Numbered from the stretch's first letter, positions 10,203 through 18,878 are shown. The stretch is 44,638 bases of DNA from an uncultured Clostridia bacterium (GCA_964614865.1 CAZTNO010000001.1:1-44638), one strand, 5' to 3'. Notes: generated by a model from the sequence alone, not told the origin. Made by a program: numbers and translations.

Positions 10203-10955
10203 ATGTCGGGACATTCCAAATGGGCATCGATCAAACATAAGAAGGCGGCCATCGACGCCAAGCGGGGCAAGATGTTCACCCGGTACATCCGGGAGATCAC
10301 CCTGGCTGCCCGGCTCGGCGGCGGCGATCCCGAGGCCAACCCCCGGCTCCGCCGGGCCATCGATGGCGCCAAGACGGTGAACATGCCCGCCGACAACGTC
10401 AAGAAAGCCATCCAGAAAGGAACCGGCGACCTCGACGGGGCGACCTACGAGGAGATGGCCTACGAAGGGTACGGCCCCGGCGGCGTGGCCATCATCGTCG
10501 AGACGATGACCGACAACCGCAACCGCACCGTCTCCGAGGTGCGCCACGTGTTCGACAAGTACAACGGCAAGATGGGAGAGTCGGGCTGCGTCTCCTGGAT
10601 GTTTTCCCGCAAGGGAGTGATCATCGTCCCCGCCGGCAAGATCACCGAGGACGAGTTGATGGAAGTGGCCCTGGAAAACGGTGCCGAGGATCTGAAGCGC
10701 GAAGACAAGAACTTCGTGATCACCTCGCTGACCGAGGACTACGACCGGGTCCAGGAGGCCCTCAAGGCCAAGAACATCGAAATCGAGTCGGCCGAGATCG
10801 CCCTGGTCCCCTCGACCCAGGTCAAGCTGGAGGGGCGCACCGCCGAACAGATGCTCAAGCTCTTCGACAAGCTCGAGGAGCTCGACGATGTGCAGAACGT
10901 GTGGGCCAATTTCGACATCTCCGACGAGGAGATCGAGAAATTCGAAAGCGCCTGA
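10203..10955 (+). CDS. yebC: YebC/PmpR-family DNA-binding transcriptional regulator
   Basis: [32 protein letters not shown] is the canonical family N-terminus. An AAGGAG Shine-Dalgarno is present, and ruvCAB follows as in many bacteria. Confidence 0.9.
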   Translation: MSGHSKWASIKHKKAAIDAKRGKMFTRYIREITLAARLGGGDPEANPRLRRAIDGAKTVNMPADNVKKAIQKGTGDLDGATYEEMAYEGYGPGGVAIIVETMTDNRNRTVSEVRHVFDKYNGKMGESGCVSWMFSRKGVIIVPAGKITEDELMEVALENGAEDLKREDKNFVITSLTEDYDRVQEALKAKNIEIESAEIALVPSTQVKLEGRTAEQMLKLFDKLEELDDVQNVWANFDISDEEIEKFESA

Positions 10956-10959
10956 TCCG

Positions 10960-11442
10960 ATGGTGGTCCTGGGTCTCGATCCAGGCTCCCAGAGGTTCGG
11001 GGTGGGGCTGCTGCTGACCCAAGGGGGGAAGATCTCCCGCCTGCACAGCGAGACCCTTACCCTGCCCCGGGGAGATCTGGTCATGCGCATGGCCAAACTG
11101 TGGGATCGCCTCGACGATTTCCTGGCCCGCACCCCGGTGGATTGCGCGGCGATGGAGGAGGGTTTCCTGGGTAAAAACGTCCGTTCGATGTCGGTACTCG
11201 CCCTGGCGCGCGGGGTCGCCCTGGGAGCCCTGGTCTCCCGTCGCATCCCGGTGTCGTTCTACGCCCCGCGTCAGGTCAAATTGGCCATGACCGGCTACGG
11301 CAACGCCGAAAAAGAGCAGGTGCTGGCGATGGCCCAGCGGCTACTCGGCGTCGCCACCCTGGCTCCCGACGAGGCCGATGCCCTGGCGGTGGCCTTCTGC
11401 CGTTGCCTGGACCGGCAGCCCCTTTTGCCGGAGCGAGCATGA
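10960..11442 (+). CDS. ruvC: Crossover junction endodeoxyribonuclease RuvC
   Basis: MVVLGLDPGSQRFGVG (catalytic Asp) and the C-terminal PDEADALAVA motif. ATG at 10960, just after the yebC stop. Confidence 0.9.
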   Translation: MVVLGLDPGSQRFGVGLLLTQGGKISRLHSETLTLPRGDLVMRMAKLWDRLDDFLARTPVDCAAMEEGFLGKNVRSMSVLALARGVALGALVSRRIPVSFYAPRQVKLAMTGYGNAEKEQVLAMAQRLLGVATLAPDEADALAVAFCRCLDRQPLLPERA

Positions 11443-12029
11443 TTGCCGGGGTGCGGGGCACGGTCGCCTTTTCCAGCCCGGGGCAGGTGGGGGTGGAGAC
11501 TCCCGCGGGGGTTCTCTACGAAGTGCTGGTCCCGGTTTCGGCCCATTCCCGGCTGGCCCCGGGCAAAGAGGTGTTCCTGCACACGGTGCTCAAGATCCGT
11601 GACGAGGACCCGGTGATGTTTGGTTTCCTCGAAGGCGAACAGCGGGGGGTCTTCCTGAAGCTGATCGGCGTATCGGGGGTGGGGGGCAAGACCGCCCTCT
11701 CCTGCCTGTCGGCTTTCACTCCCGGGGAACTCGCCCTGGCCATCGCCTCGGGCGACGTGGCGGCGATCAGTTCGGTGCCGGGCATCGGCAAGAAAACCGC
11801 CCAGCGGTTGATCCTGGAGCTGTCGGGCAAACTGGTGCCGGCAGAGGCGGCAGTTGCCGGAGAGGAGGGGCGCGTGCGCCTGCGCGCCGACCTGGAATCG
11901 GGATTGCTCAACCTGGGCTACCAGGCCAAGGTGGCCCACGAGGCCGCCGAGCGAACCCTGCGTGAGCAACCCGACCTGACCAGCTTCGAGGAGGCCTTCC
12001 GGGCCACCTTGCGGAGGCTGCACCGATGA
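11439..12029 (+). CDS. ruvA: Holliday junction branch migration complex subunit RuvA
   Basis: MIAGVRGTV start. HhH motifs (LIGVSGVGGKTAL, SVPGIGKKTAQRLILEL). ATGA overlap with ruvC. Confidence 0.9.
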   Translation: MIAGVRGTVAFSSPGQVGVETPAGVLYEVLVPVSAHSRLAPGKEVFLHTVLKIRDEDPVMFGFLEGEQRGVFLKLIGVSGVGGKTALSCLSAFTPGELALAIASGDVAAISSVPGIGKKTAQRLILELSGKLVPAEAAVAGEEGRVRLRADLESGLLNLGYQAKVAHEAAERTLREQPDLTSFEEAFRATLRRLHR

Positions 12030-13045
12030 GCGACCAGACCCTCGGTTCCCCGCTGCGACGAGGCGAGGACGGCCCGTTCGAGCAGTCGCTGCGTCCCGCC
12101 ACCCTGCGCGAGTTCATCGGCCAGCGGCAGAAAACCGAAAACCTGAAGACCTACATCCAGGGGGCGCTGGGGCGCGGTGAACCGCTCGACCACGTGCTCC
12201 TTTCGGGACCGCCCGGCCTGGGCAAGACCACCCTGGCGGGGGTGATCGCCGCCGAGCTGGGCAAGCCCCTGCGGGCCACCTCGGGGCCCGCCCTCGACCG
12301 CAAGGGCGACATCACCGCCGTCCTCACCGACCTGGCTCCCGGGGAAGTGCTGTTCATCGACGAGATCCACCGCCTCAAGAAGCCGCTCGAAGAGATCCTC
12401 TACAAGGCCATGGAGGACTGCGCCGTCGACATCGTCATCGGCCAGGGGCCCGGGGCCCGCACCGTCACCCTGGCCTTGCAGCCCTTCACCCTGATCGGCG
12501 CCACCACCCGTTCGGGGCTGCTCTCGGCCCCGCTGCGCGACCGCTTCGGCATCTCGCTGCACTTCGATTTCTATCTGCTCGCCGAGTTGACAACCATCGT
12601 CCGCCGCAGTGCCGAGATCCTGCGCGTGGAGATCGCCGCCGAGGCGTCGGAAGCCATCGCCGCCCGCTCACGCGGCACACCGCGCATCGCCAACCGCCTG
12701 CTGCGCCGCCTGCGCGATTTTGCCGAGGTCAAGGGGTCAGGGCGGATCGACCCGGCGATCGCCGCCACCTCTTTTGCCGCCCTGGCGGTCGATGACCGCG
12801 GTTTCGACGAGATGGACCGGCGCATCCTGCTCACCATCCTCGACAAGTTTGCCGGCGGGCCGGTGGGGCTCTCGACCATCGCCACCGCCCTGCAGGAAGA
12901 GCGGGAGACCATCGAGGATGTCTACGAGCCCTACCTGATCCAGGAAGGCTACATGCACATCACCCCGCGCGGCCGGGTGGTCACCCAGAAGACCCTCGAT
13001 TCTTTCGGCCGCAAGTCCCCCTCGGGTGAGGGCCGGCTTTTCTGA
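12026..13045 (+). CDS. ruvB: Holliday junction branch migration DNA helicase RuvB
   Basis: LRPATLREFIGQ, Walker A GPPGLGKTTLA, Walker B LFIDEIHRL, and RGTPRIANRLLRR. Confidence 0.95.
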   Translation: MSDQTLGSPLRRGEDGPFEQSLRPATLREFIGQRQKTENLKTYIQGALGRGEPLDHVLLSGPPGLGKTTLAGVIAAELGKPLRATSGPALDRKGDITAVLTDLAPGEVLFIDEIHRLKKPLEEILYKAMEDCAVDIVIGQGPGARTVTLALQPFTLIGATTRSGLLSAPLRDRFGISLHFDFYLLAELTTIVRRSAEILRVEIAAEASEAIAARSRGTPRIANRLLRRLRDFAEVKGSGRIDPAIAATSFAALAVDDRGFDEMDRRILLTILDKFAGGPVGLSTIATALQEERETIEDVYEPYLIQEGYMHITPRGRVVTQKTLDSFGRKSPSGEGRLF

Positions 13046-13080
13046 GCGAACGGCCATCTACCTTTTTTGCGCCGGTTTTC

Positions 13081-13110
13081 TTGACACCCGATCTTCGCTT
13101 CGATTAAAAT
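13081..13110 (+). promoter_or_regulatory. Near-consensus sigma70 promoter directly abutting the phosphofructokinase ATG
   Basis: TTGACA (13081-13086), 18 nt spacer, TAAAAT (13105-13110). Only 7 nt separate it from ATG 13118. Confidence 0.5.
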
Positions 13111-13117
13111 TGCCGGC

Positions 13118-14317
13118 ATGAAAGGATACAAGGGCAACACCAGGGTAGGCATGCTGTTCTCGGGCGGGCCGGCGCCATCGGCCAACGCCGTGATCTCCTC
13201 GGCGGCACTCAGCTTCATGAACTCCCGCATCCCGGTCTACGGGTTCCAGTACGGCTTCGAGTTCCTGGAGAATTTTGACGACCGCAACCGCTACTCGCTG
13301 GTCGAGGGAGTGCACTACCACCTGCTGAATGAAGATATCTCGGGGATCCGCAACCGTCGCGGGGTGTTCCTGAAAACTTCGCGGGCCAATCCGGGCAAGA
13401 ACATCAAGACCCGTGAGGATCTGGCCGACCCCGACAAGATCCGCAAGCTCAACAACATCCTGAAGGCCTTCGAATCCCTGGGCATCGGTTTCCTGGTGAC
13501 CATTGGCGGCGACGACACCCTCAAGACCGCCAACTACCTGAGCCTGCTCGGCATGCCGGTGATCCACATCCCCAAAACCATCGACAACGACTACTACGGC
13601 ATCCCCTGGACTTTCGGCTACTGGAGCAGCGTGCAGGGCAGCCAGGAGGCTTTGCTCAACCTCAAGGCCGACGCCGAGAGCACCAGCTCCTACTTTCTGG
13701 TCGAGCTGATGGGGCGCAAGGCCGGTTGGCTCACCTACGCCGCCGGTATCGCCGGCGAATCGGTGATGATGATCTCGCTCGAGGATATCGAGGAAGAGGT
13801 GCTCGACATCGACCGTTTGGCCGAGCGCATCGTCGACGTCATCATCTCGCGCGAGAAGAGAGACAAGTACTACGGCGTGATCTGCATCGCCGAAGGGTTG
13901 GCGGAACGCCTTCCCGACAAGTACCGCCCCACCGAAAAGGATCGCCACGGCAACGTGATCCTGGGCACTGCCGAGGTTTGCCGCATCATCCGCGACGCCT
14001 GCGAAGACAACTACCGTCAGCGCACCGGCCGCAAGAAGAAGGTGATCTACAAGCAGGTGGGGTACGAGACGCGCAGCACCCTGCCCATCAGCTTCGACGT
14101 GGTGCTGGGGGCCATGCTGGGCTACGGCGCCTCCAAACTCTACCACCAGGGACAGTTCAACAGCATGGTGTCGGTGTCCGACAACTTCCAGGTGGTCGCG
14201 GTCCCCTTCGCTGAACTGATCGATCCCGAGACCCTGCTGACCAAACTGCGCAACGTGCCCAAGGGGAGCGACTTCTTCGAATTGAAGGAAGCCCTCTCCT
14301 ACAAAGAGCTCGAATAG
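13118..14317 (+). CDS. pfp: 6-phosphofructokinase, PPi-dependent type by residue signature
   Basis: PFK family motifs GGPAPSAN, TIGGDDTLKTA and IPKTIDNDY. Asp (GGDD) and Lys (PKTIDND) occupy the positions that are Gly/Gly in ATP-dependent enzymes. Confidence 0.8.
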   Translation: MKGYKGNTRVGMLFSGGPAPSANAVISSAALSFMNSRIPVYGFQYGFEFLENFDDRNRYSLVEGVHYHLLNEDISGIRNRRGVFLKTSRANPGKNIKTREDLADPDKIRKLNNILKAFESLGIGFLVTIGGDDTLKTANYLSLLGMPVIHIPKTIDNDYYGIPWTFGYWSSVQGSQEALLNLKADAESTSSYFLVELMGRKAGWLTYAAGIAGESVMMISLEDIEEEVLDIDRLAERIVDVIISREKRDKYYGVICIAEGLAERLPDKYRPTEKDRHGNVILGTAEVCRIIRDACEDNYRQRTGRKKKVIYKQVGYETRSTLPISFDVVLGAMLGYGASKLYHQGQFNSMVSVSDNFQVVAVPFAELIDPETLLTKLRNVPKGSDFFELKEALSYKELE

Positions 14318-14327
14318 TTCGTCCCGC

Positions 14328-15032
14328 TCAAAAGCGGGCCAACTCGAGATCGGACAGCCGGCGTAGCGTTTCTTGCAGGTCTTCTGGTAGCGGCGCGGTC
14401 GCCGCCACCCTCTTGCCGTTGTAATCGAAATGGACGTGCCGGGCGTGCAAAAACTGCCGCTTTAGCCCCGTTTTCTTGCGAAAAGCCCGGTTGAATGGGA
14501 AATCGCCATGCAGTTCGTCGCCCACCACCGGATGGCGGGTGGCGGCGAAATGCAGGCGGATCTGGTGCATGCGCCCCGTCTCGATCACCACCCGGACCAG
14601 GGTCACCCCCAGGTGGGGGAAGGACCGCTCGACGGTGTAATGGGTGAGGGCGGTGGTTTTTTCGCCCTGGCGTCCCGGCAACCGACGGTCGATGGTGCCT
14701 TCCCCGCGGAACACCCCTTTGACCAGGGCCAGGTACTCTTTGTGGACCTTGCCGCGGGCAAAGGCCTGGCGGAAGAACTCGACCGCGCCGTCGTTCTTGG
14801 CCACCACCAGACAGCCCGAGGTGTCCTGGTCCAGGCGATGAACCAACTGCGGCACGATGCCCTGGGAGGCTCCGTATTCCTGGAGTTTTGCCAGCAGGGT
14901 GCGGGCGGTGGCCACGTTCTTGCCGCCGTGGACGGCGAACCCCGCCCACTTGTCGACGATCCAGAAATCGCCGGTTTCGACCAGGACAAAGAACCCCTTT
15001 GGCGGGGGGGGGACGGTGGAGAGTGGCGTCAT
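14328..15032 (-). CDS. RluA-family pseudouridine synthase (start uncertain: 15032, 15041 or 15143)
   Basis: Catalytic HRLDQDTSGCLVVAKN motif plus RMHQIRLHFA. The N-terminal part of the listed ORF (MSGKKKFKK) is encoded by intergenic-looking T-tracts. ATG 15032 lies 7 nt after a TACAAT box. Confidence 0.8.
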   Translation of the reverse strand: MTPLSTVPPPPKGFFVLVETGDFWIVDKWAGFAVHGGKNVATARTLLAKLQEYGASQGIVPQLVHRLDQDTSGCLVVAKNDGAVEFFRQAFARGKVHKEYLALVKGVFRGEGTIDRRLPGRQGEKTTALTHYTVERSFPHLGVTLVRVVIETGRMHQIRLHFAATRHPVVGDELHGDFPFNRAFRKKTGLKRQFLHARHVHFDYNGKRVAATAPLPEDLQETLRRLSDLELARF

Positions 15033-15039
15033 GACTGCC

Positions 15040-15068
15040 ATTGTACCGGTACGGGGCCGCTCAGGCAA
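15040..15068 (-). promoter_or_regulatory. Sigma70-type promoter candidate for the RluA-family gene
   Basis: Minus strand reads TTGCCT (15068-15063), 17 nt spacer, TACAAT (15045-15040), then 7 nt to ATG 15032. Confidence 0.4.
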
Positions 15069-15143
15069 GGGGAGCAACCGCTGGTCACCCCCGCTCCCGG
15101 CGGGTTTCCGGGGAATTTTTTTGAATTTTTTTTTACCGGACAA

Positions 15144-15171
15144 TTGACTTTTGCGTTGAATGCCTTAATAT
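15144..15171 (+). promoter_or_regulatory. Promoter candidate for the KamA/ATP-grasp operon, with upstream T-tracts
   Basis: TTGACT (15144-15149), 16 nt spacer, TAATAT (15166-15171). T7 (15116-15122) and T9 (15126-15134) tracts sit where an UP element would be. Confidence 0.4.
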
Positions 15172-15205
15172 ATGGGACGGCGGAACAAAACCGCGGAGGA
15201 ACCAA

Positions 15206-16510
15206 TTGAAAAAAGGCGCTCAGGTCGTGGTAGAGAAAGAAAACGAGATGACCAACAGCGAGGAGGCTGAGCCTCCAAGCACCCCGGCTCTCAAGAGCCC
15301 ACTCCCCGCCCCGCCCCCCCTCCTCTTTCCCGATCTGATCCCCTTTCCCCACTCCCGCGAAGGGCGTACTCCGTTCAAAAGCAGCACCCGCTCGCTGTTG
15401 TTCCTGAACCGCTTTTTTCCCGGGGTCACCCGGGCCGAGTGGAACCACTGGGAGTGGCAGTTGCGCCACAGCATCACCACCCGCCAGGAGCTGGCCCGCA
15501 TGCTGACCCTGTCGGAAGACGAATGCCAGCCCATGATCGGCGGCAACGAGTGTTTGCCGCTACGTATCACCCCCTACTACGCCAGTTTGCTGGATGCCGG
15601 CGACGCAAGCCAACCGCTGCGGCGATCGGTGGTGCCGGTCACCGCCGAGCACCTGATCTCGGCTGGCGAGGCTGCCGACCCGCTGGGTGAGGATGGCCAC
15701 AGTTGCGTGCCCGGCCTGGTTCACCGCTATCCCGACCGGGTCCTGTTCATGGTCACCGGCTTTTGCTCTACCTACTGCCGCTACTGTACCCGCTCGCGGC
15801 TGGTCGGCGACGTCAACAAGCGCCAACTCAGCCGCGACCAGTGGGACCAGGCCCTGGCCTACATCGAGAGCCATTCGCAGATCCGCGACGTGCTGCTGTC
15901 GGGAGGCGACCCGCTGACCTTGTCCGAGGAGAACCTGGAGTACCTGCTGACCCGCCTCAGCCGGATCCCCCACGTCGAGTTCCTGCGCATCGGGACCAAG
16001 GTGCCGGTGGTGCTGCCCCAGCGCATCACCTCTTCGTTGCTCTCGCTGCTCAAGCGATTCCGCCCCCTCTGGCTGAGCATCCACTTCACCCATCCCGACG
16101 AGATCACCCCCGAAACCGCCCAGGCTGGCGAGCGGCTGGCCGATGCCGGGTTGCCGCGCGGCTCCCAGCCCGTCCTGCTCAAGGGGATCAACGACGACGT
16201 GACGGTGATGCGGCGCCTGGTGCATGAACTGCTGAAGATCCGGGTCCGTCCCTATTACCTCTATCAGTGCGATCCGATCCTGGGCTCGTCCCACTTTCGC
16301 ACCCCGGTGGAGACAGGGCTGGAGATCATCCGCGGATTGCGGGGCCATACCACCGGGTATGCCGTGCCCCACTACGTGATCGACGCTCCCGGCGGGGGAG
16401 GCAAGGTGCCGCTGCTGCCCGACTACTACGCCGGTCGCGAAGGTAACGACGTCCTGCTGCGCAACTACGAGGGGCACCTCTACCGGTATCCCGATCCCTG
16501 CGGCAACTAA
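15206..16510 (+). CDS. KamA-family radical SAM aminomutase (lysine 2,3-aminomutase-like)
   Basis: CSTYCRYCTRS (CxxxCxxC), GGDPL, and HYVIDAPGGGGKVP (PLP-lysine motif). TTG 15206 has GGAGGA 6 nt upstream. ATG 15248 is an alternative start. Confidence 0.85.
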   Translation: MKKGAQVVVEKENEMTNSEEAEPPSTPALKSPLPAPPPLLFPDLIPFPHSREGRTPFKSSTRSLLFLNRFFPGVTRAEWNHWEWQLRHSITTRQELARMLTLSEDECQPMIGGNECLPLRITPYYASLLDAGDASQPLRRSVVPVTAEHLISAGEAADPLGEDGHSCVPGLVHRYPDRVLFMVTGFCSTYCRYCTRSRLVGDVNKRQLSRDQWDQALAYIESHSQIRDVLLSGGDPLTLSEENLEYLLTRLSRIPHVEFLRIGTKVPVVLPQRITSSLLSLLKRFRPLWLSIHFTHPDEITPETAQAGERLADAGLPRGSQPVLLKGINDDVTVMRRLVHELLKIRVRPYYLYQCDPILGSSHFRTPVETGLEIIRGLRGHTTGYAVPHYVIDAPGGGGKVPLLPDYYAGREGNDVLLRNYEGHLYRYPDPCGN

Positions 16511-16561
16511 ACAGCCCGACACCATGGACGGCGCCAGGCCTCCTGCGGGCAGGGGGAACCC

Positions 16562-17536
16562 ATGATCATCGGTTTGACCTACGATCTGAAAGACGATTAC
16601 CGTGAACTCGGCTTTTCGGCCGAAGCGGTGGCCGAACTGGACAGCGAGGAGACCGTCTCCGGGATCGAGACAGCCCTGGCCCAGCTCGGCTACGACCCGG
16701 TGCGCATCGGCAACCTGCGCCACCTGATGGGGCGATTGCTTTCGGGGGAGCGCTGGGAGCTCGTCTTCAACATCTGCGAGGGGATGTTCGGTATCGGCAG
16801 GGAAGCCCAGGTGCCGGCCCTGCTCGACGCCTTCCAGGTGAACTACACCTTTTCCGATCCGATGGTGCTGGCCCTGACCCTGCACAAAGGGATGGCAAAG
16901 AGGGTGGTGCGCGATGCCGGGGTGCCCACCGCCCCCTTCGCCCTGGTGGAACGGATCGAGGATCTGCCCTCGGTCGATTTGCCCTTCCCGCTGTTCGTCA
17001 AGCCGGTGGGCGAGGGGACCGGCAAGGGGATCACCGAACGCTCCCGTGCGGCCGATGCCGCCGGGCTGGAGCGCTCCTGCCGCGAATTGCTGGACACCTT
17101 CCACCAGCCCGTGCTGGTCGAAACCTACCTGCCGGGCCGGGAGTTCACCGTGGGGGTCATCGGCACCGGGCCCGAGGCCGAGGCCATCGGCGGCATGGAG
17201 GTTCTGTTCGCCCAAGGTGGGGGGGACATCTACTCGTACCAGACCAAACGCGACTACGAGGACCTGGTGGAGTACCGCCGTATCCCCGACGAGCTGGTCG
17301 CCTCGTGTCACCGGGTGGCCCTGGCGGCCTGGCGGGCCCTGGGCTGCCGCGACGGGGGGCGGGTTGACCTGCGGCTCGACGACCGGAACGTGCCGAACTT
17401 TCTCGAAGTCAACCCGCTTGCCGGGCTCAATCCCAAGGATTCGGATTTGCCCATCCTGTCCCGGTTGCACGGCATCTCCTACGGCGAACTGATCGGCCGC
17501 ATCGTCGATTCTTCCCGGCGGCGGATCGGGCTGTGA
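16562..17536 (+). CDS. D-alanine--D-alanine ligase-like ATP-grasp protein (paralog 1)
   Basis: IGLTYDLKDDY N-terminus, ATP-grasp core (PLFVKPVGEGTGKGI) and the E-x-N metal motif FLEVNPLAGL. Confidence 0.8.
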   Translation: MIIGLTYDLKDDYRELGFSAEAVAELDSEETVSGIETALAQLGYDPVRIGNLRHLMGRLLSGERWELVFNICEGMFGIGREAQVPALLDAFQVNYTFSDPMVLALTLHKGMAKRVVRDAGVPTAPFALVERIEDLPSVDLPFPLFVKPVGEGTGKGITERSRAADAAGLERSCRELLDTFHQPVLVETYLPGREFTVGVIGTGPEAEAIGGMEVLFAQGGGDIYSYQTKRDYEDLVEYRRIPDELVASCHRVALAAWRALGCRDGGRVDLRLDDRNVPNFLEVNPLAGLNPKDSDLPILSRLHGISYGELIGRIVDSSRRRIGL

Positions 17537-18507
17537 AGGGGACGGTCGTTATCCTGCACCAGCAGGTGCCGCCGGGCGCCCCCCCCGACGAGACCGACGT
17601 GCTGGTGGAAGCGGCGGCGGTCCGTTCCGCGCTCGAGACCCTGGGCTGGCGAGTGGTGGTGGTGCCCCTGGGCCTCGACCTGTCCCAGGCTGCTGAAGAA
17701 CTGCGCCAGGAAAAGCCTGCGGTCGTCTTCAACCTGGTCGAAACAATCGGCGGTGACGGCCGGCTGATCCATCTCGGCACCTCCCTGCTCGACCACCTCC
17801 GGATCCCCTATACCGGCTGTCCGACCCCGGCCATGTTCCTCACCTCGGGCAAGGTGTGGGGCAAGCGGGTGCTGCGGGCCGAGGGGATCCCCACGCCGCC
17901 GTGGGCGATACCCGGGGATGATGCCGCCCTGGAAGCCCTGACCGGCCACCCATGCATCATCAAGGCCGAGTGGGAGCACGCTTCGATCGGCCTCGACGCG
18001 GGGGCGGTGCTGACCCCGCAAACCCCCGGGGAGCTCGCCCGGCGGCTCGGCGAGCGGCAATCGAGGCAGGGCATCCCGCTGTTTGCCGAGGCATTCGTGG
18101 CCGGGCGGGAGTTCAACCTGTCGTTGCTGGCAGGGGAGGTGTTGCCCCCCGCCGAGATCCGCTTTCTCGATTTCCCGGCCGGAGCGCCGCAAATGGTCGA
18201 TTACCGGGCCAAGTGGGACGAACAGTCACCCGAGTACCACCAGACGGTGCGTTCGTTCGATTTCTCGACGTCCGACTCGGCGCTGCTCGCCGAATTGGCC
18301 GGGGTGGCCCGCCGCTGCTGGCAGGCGTTCGGTTTGCGCGGCTACGGGCGAGTCGACTTCCGCGTCGACGAACGGGGGCGACCGTGGGTGCTCGAAGTCA
18401 ACACCAATCCCTGCATCTCGCCCGATGGCGGATTCGTAGCGGCTGCGCAGCGTGCGGGGCTGGATTTGCCCGAAGTGGTAGCCCGCATCCTGGCCGACGC
18501 GAACTGA
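17533..18507 (+). CDS. D-alanine--D-alanine ligase-like ATP-grasp protein (paralog 2)
   Basis: GTG 17533 overlaps the upstream stop (GTGA). ATP-grasp core and the E-x-N motif VLEVNTNPCISP. Same length (324 aa) as paralog 1. Confidence 0.75.
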   Translation: MKGTVVILHQQVPPGAPPDETDVLVEAAAVRSALETLGWRVVVVPLGLDLSQAAEELRQEKPAVVFNLVETIGGDGRLIHLGTSLLDHLRIPYTGCPTPAMFLTSGKVWGKRVLRAEGIPTPPWAIPGDDAALEALTGHPCIIKAEWEHASIGLDAGAVLTPQTPGELARRLGERQSRQGIPLFAEAFVAGREFNLSLLAGEVLPPAEIRFLDFPAGAPQMVDYRAKWDEQSPEYHQTVRSFDFSTSDSALLAELAGVARRCWQAFGLRGYGRVDFRVDERGRPWVLEVNTNPCISPDGGFVAAAQRAGLDLPEVVARILADAN

Positions 18508-18517
18508 GGCGAAACGG

Positions 18518-18538
18518 AAAAATCCCGGTAGGCCGGGA
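18518..18538 (-). terminator. Intrinsic terminator candidate for the DUF4342 gene
   Basis: Minus-strand RNA forms UCCCGG-CCUA-CCGGGA followed by U5 (plus-strand A5 at 18518-22), 14 nt after the stop. It lies between convergent genes. Confidence 0.5.
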
Positions 18539-18551
18539 GCCCGGGGGCTGG

Positions 18552-18809
18552 TTATTCGGTCCGCTCGACCACAATGGTCAGGCGCGCGGCCAGGGCGGCG
18601 ATAGCCCCCACCGCGGCGAGTACTGGCAGAAATGCCGCCCCGACGATGCCCAGCGTCAACGGAATCTCGATCAGGGGTTTGCCGTCCTCGTTTTTGATGG
18701 TGATGCGGCGGATGTTGCCCTGGTGGATGAGTTCCTGAATCTTGTCAATCACTTGGCTGCCGCTGAGTTTGAACTCTTCATGGCGATTGCCGGTCTTTTT
18801 TTGTTCCAT
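18552..18809 (-). CDS. DUF4342 domain-containing small membrane protein
   Basis: EEFKLSGSQVIDKIQELIHQGNIRRITIKNEDGKPLIEIPLTLG followed by a C-terminal TM segment, which matches the DUF4342 family pattern. Confidence 0.75.
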   Translation of the reverse strand: MEQKKTGNRHEEFKLSGSQVIDKIQELIHQGNIRRITIKNEDGKPLIEIPLTLGIVGAAFLPVLAAVGAIAALAARLTIVVERTE

Positions 18810-18878
18810 GGTCCCTCCTGGCGAATGGCTCCAGTCTAGCAGAGCAACCCGCTCGTGTCCAGAACACCGGAGGTGTTG

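Noticed and set aside
14321-14340. A small hairpin (CCCGCT-caaa-AGCGGG) between the convergent pfp and RluA-family genes, considered as a bidirectional terminator
   Set aside because: The stem is only 6 bp, there is no flanking U- or A-run on either strand, and it overlaps the RluA-family stop codon. This is too weak to call.
15560-17470. A 636-aa minus-strand ORF
   Set aside because: It is antisense to the KamA-family and ATP-grasp genes, which have unambiguous catalytic motifs. Its composition is dominated by G/P/A/R/Q/V, typical of GC-rich shadow frames.
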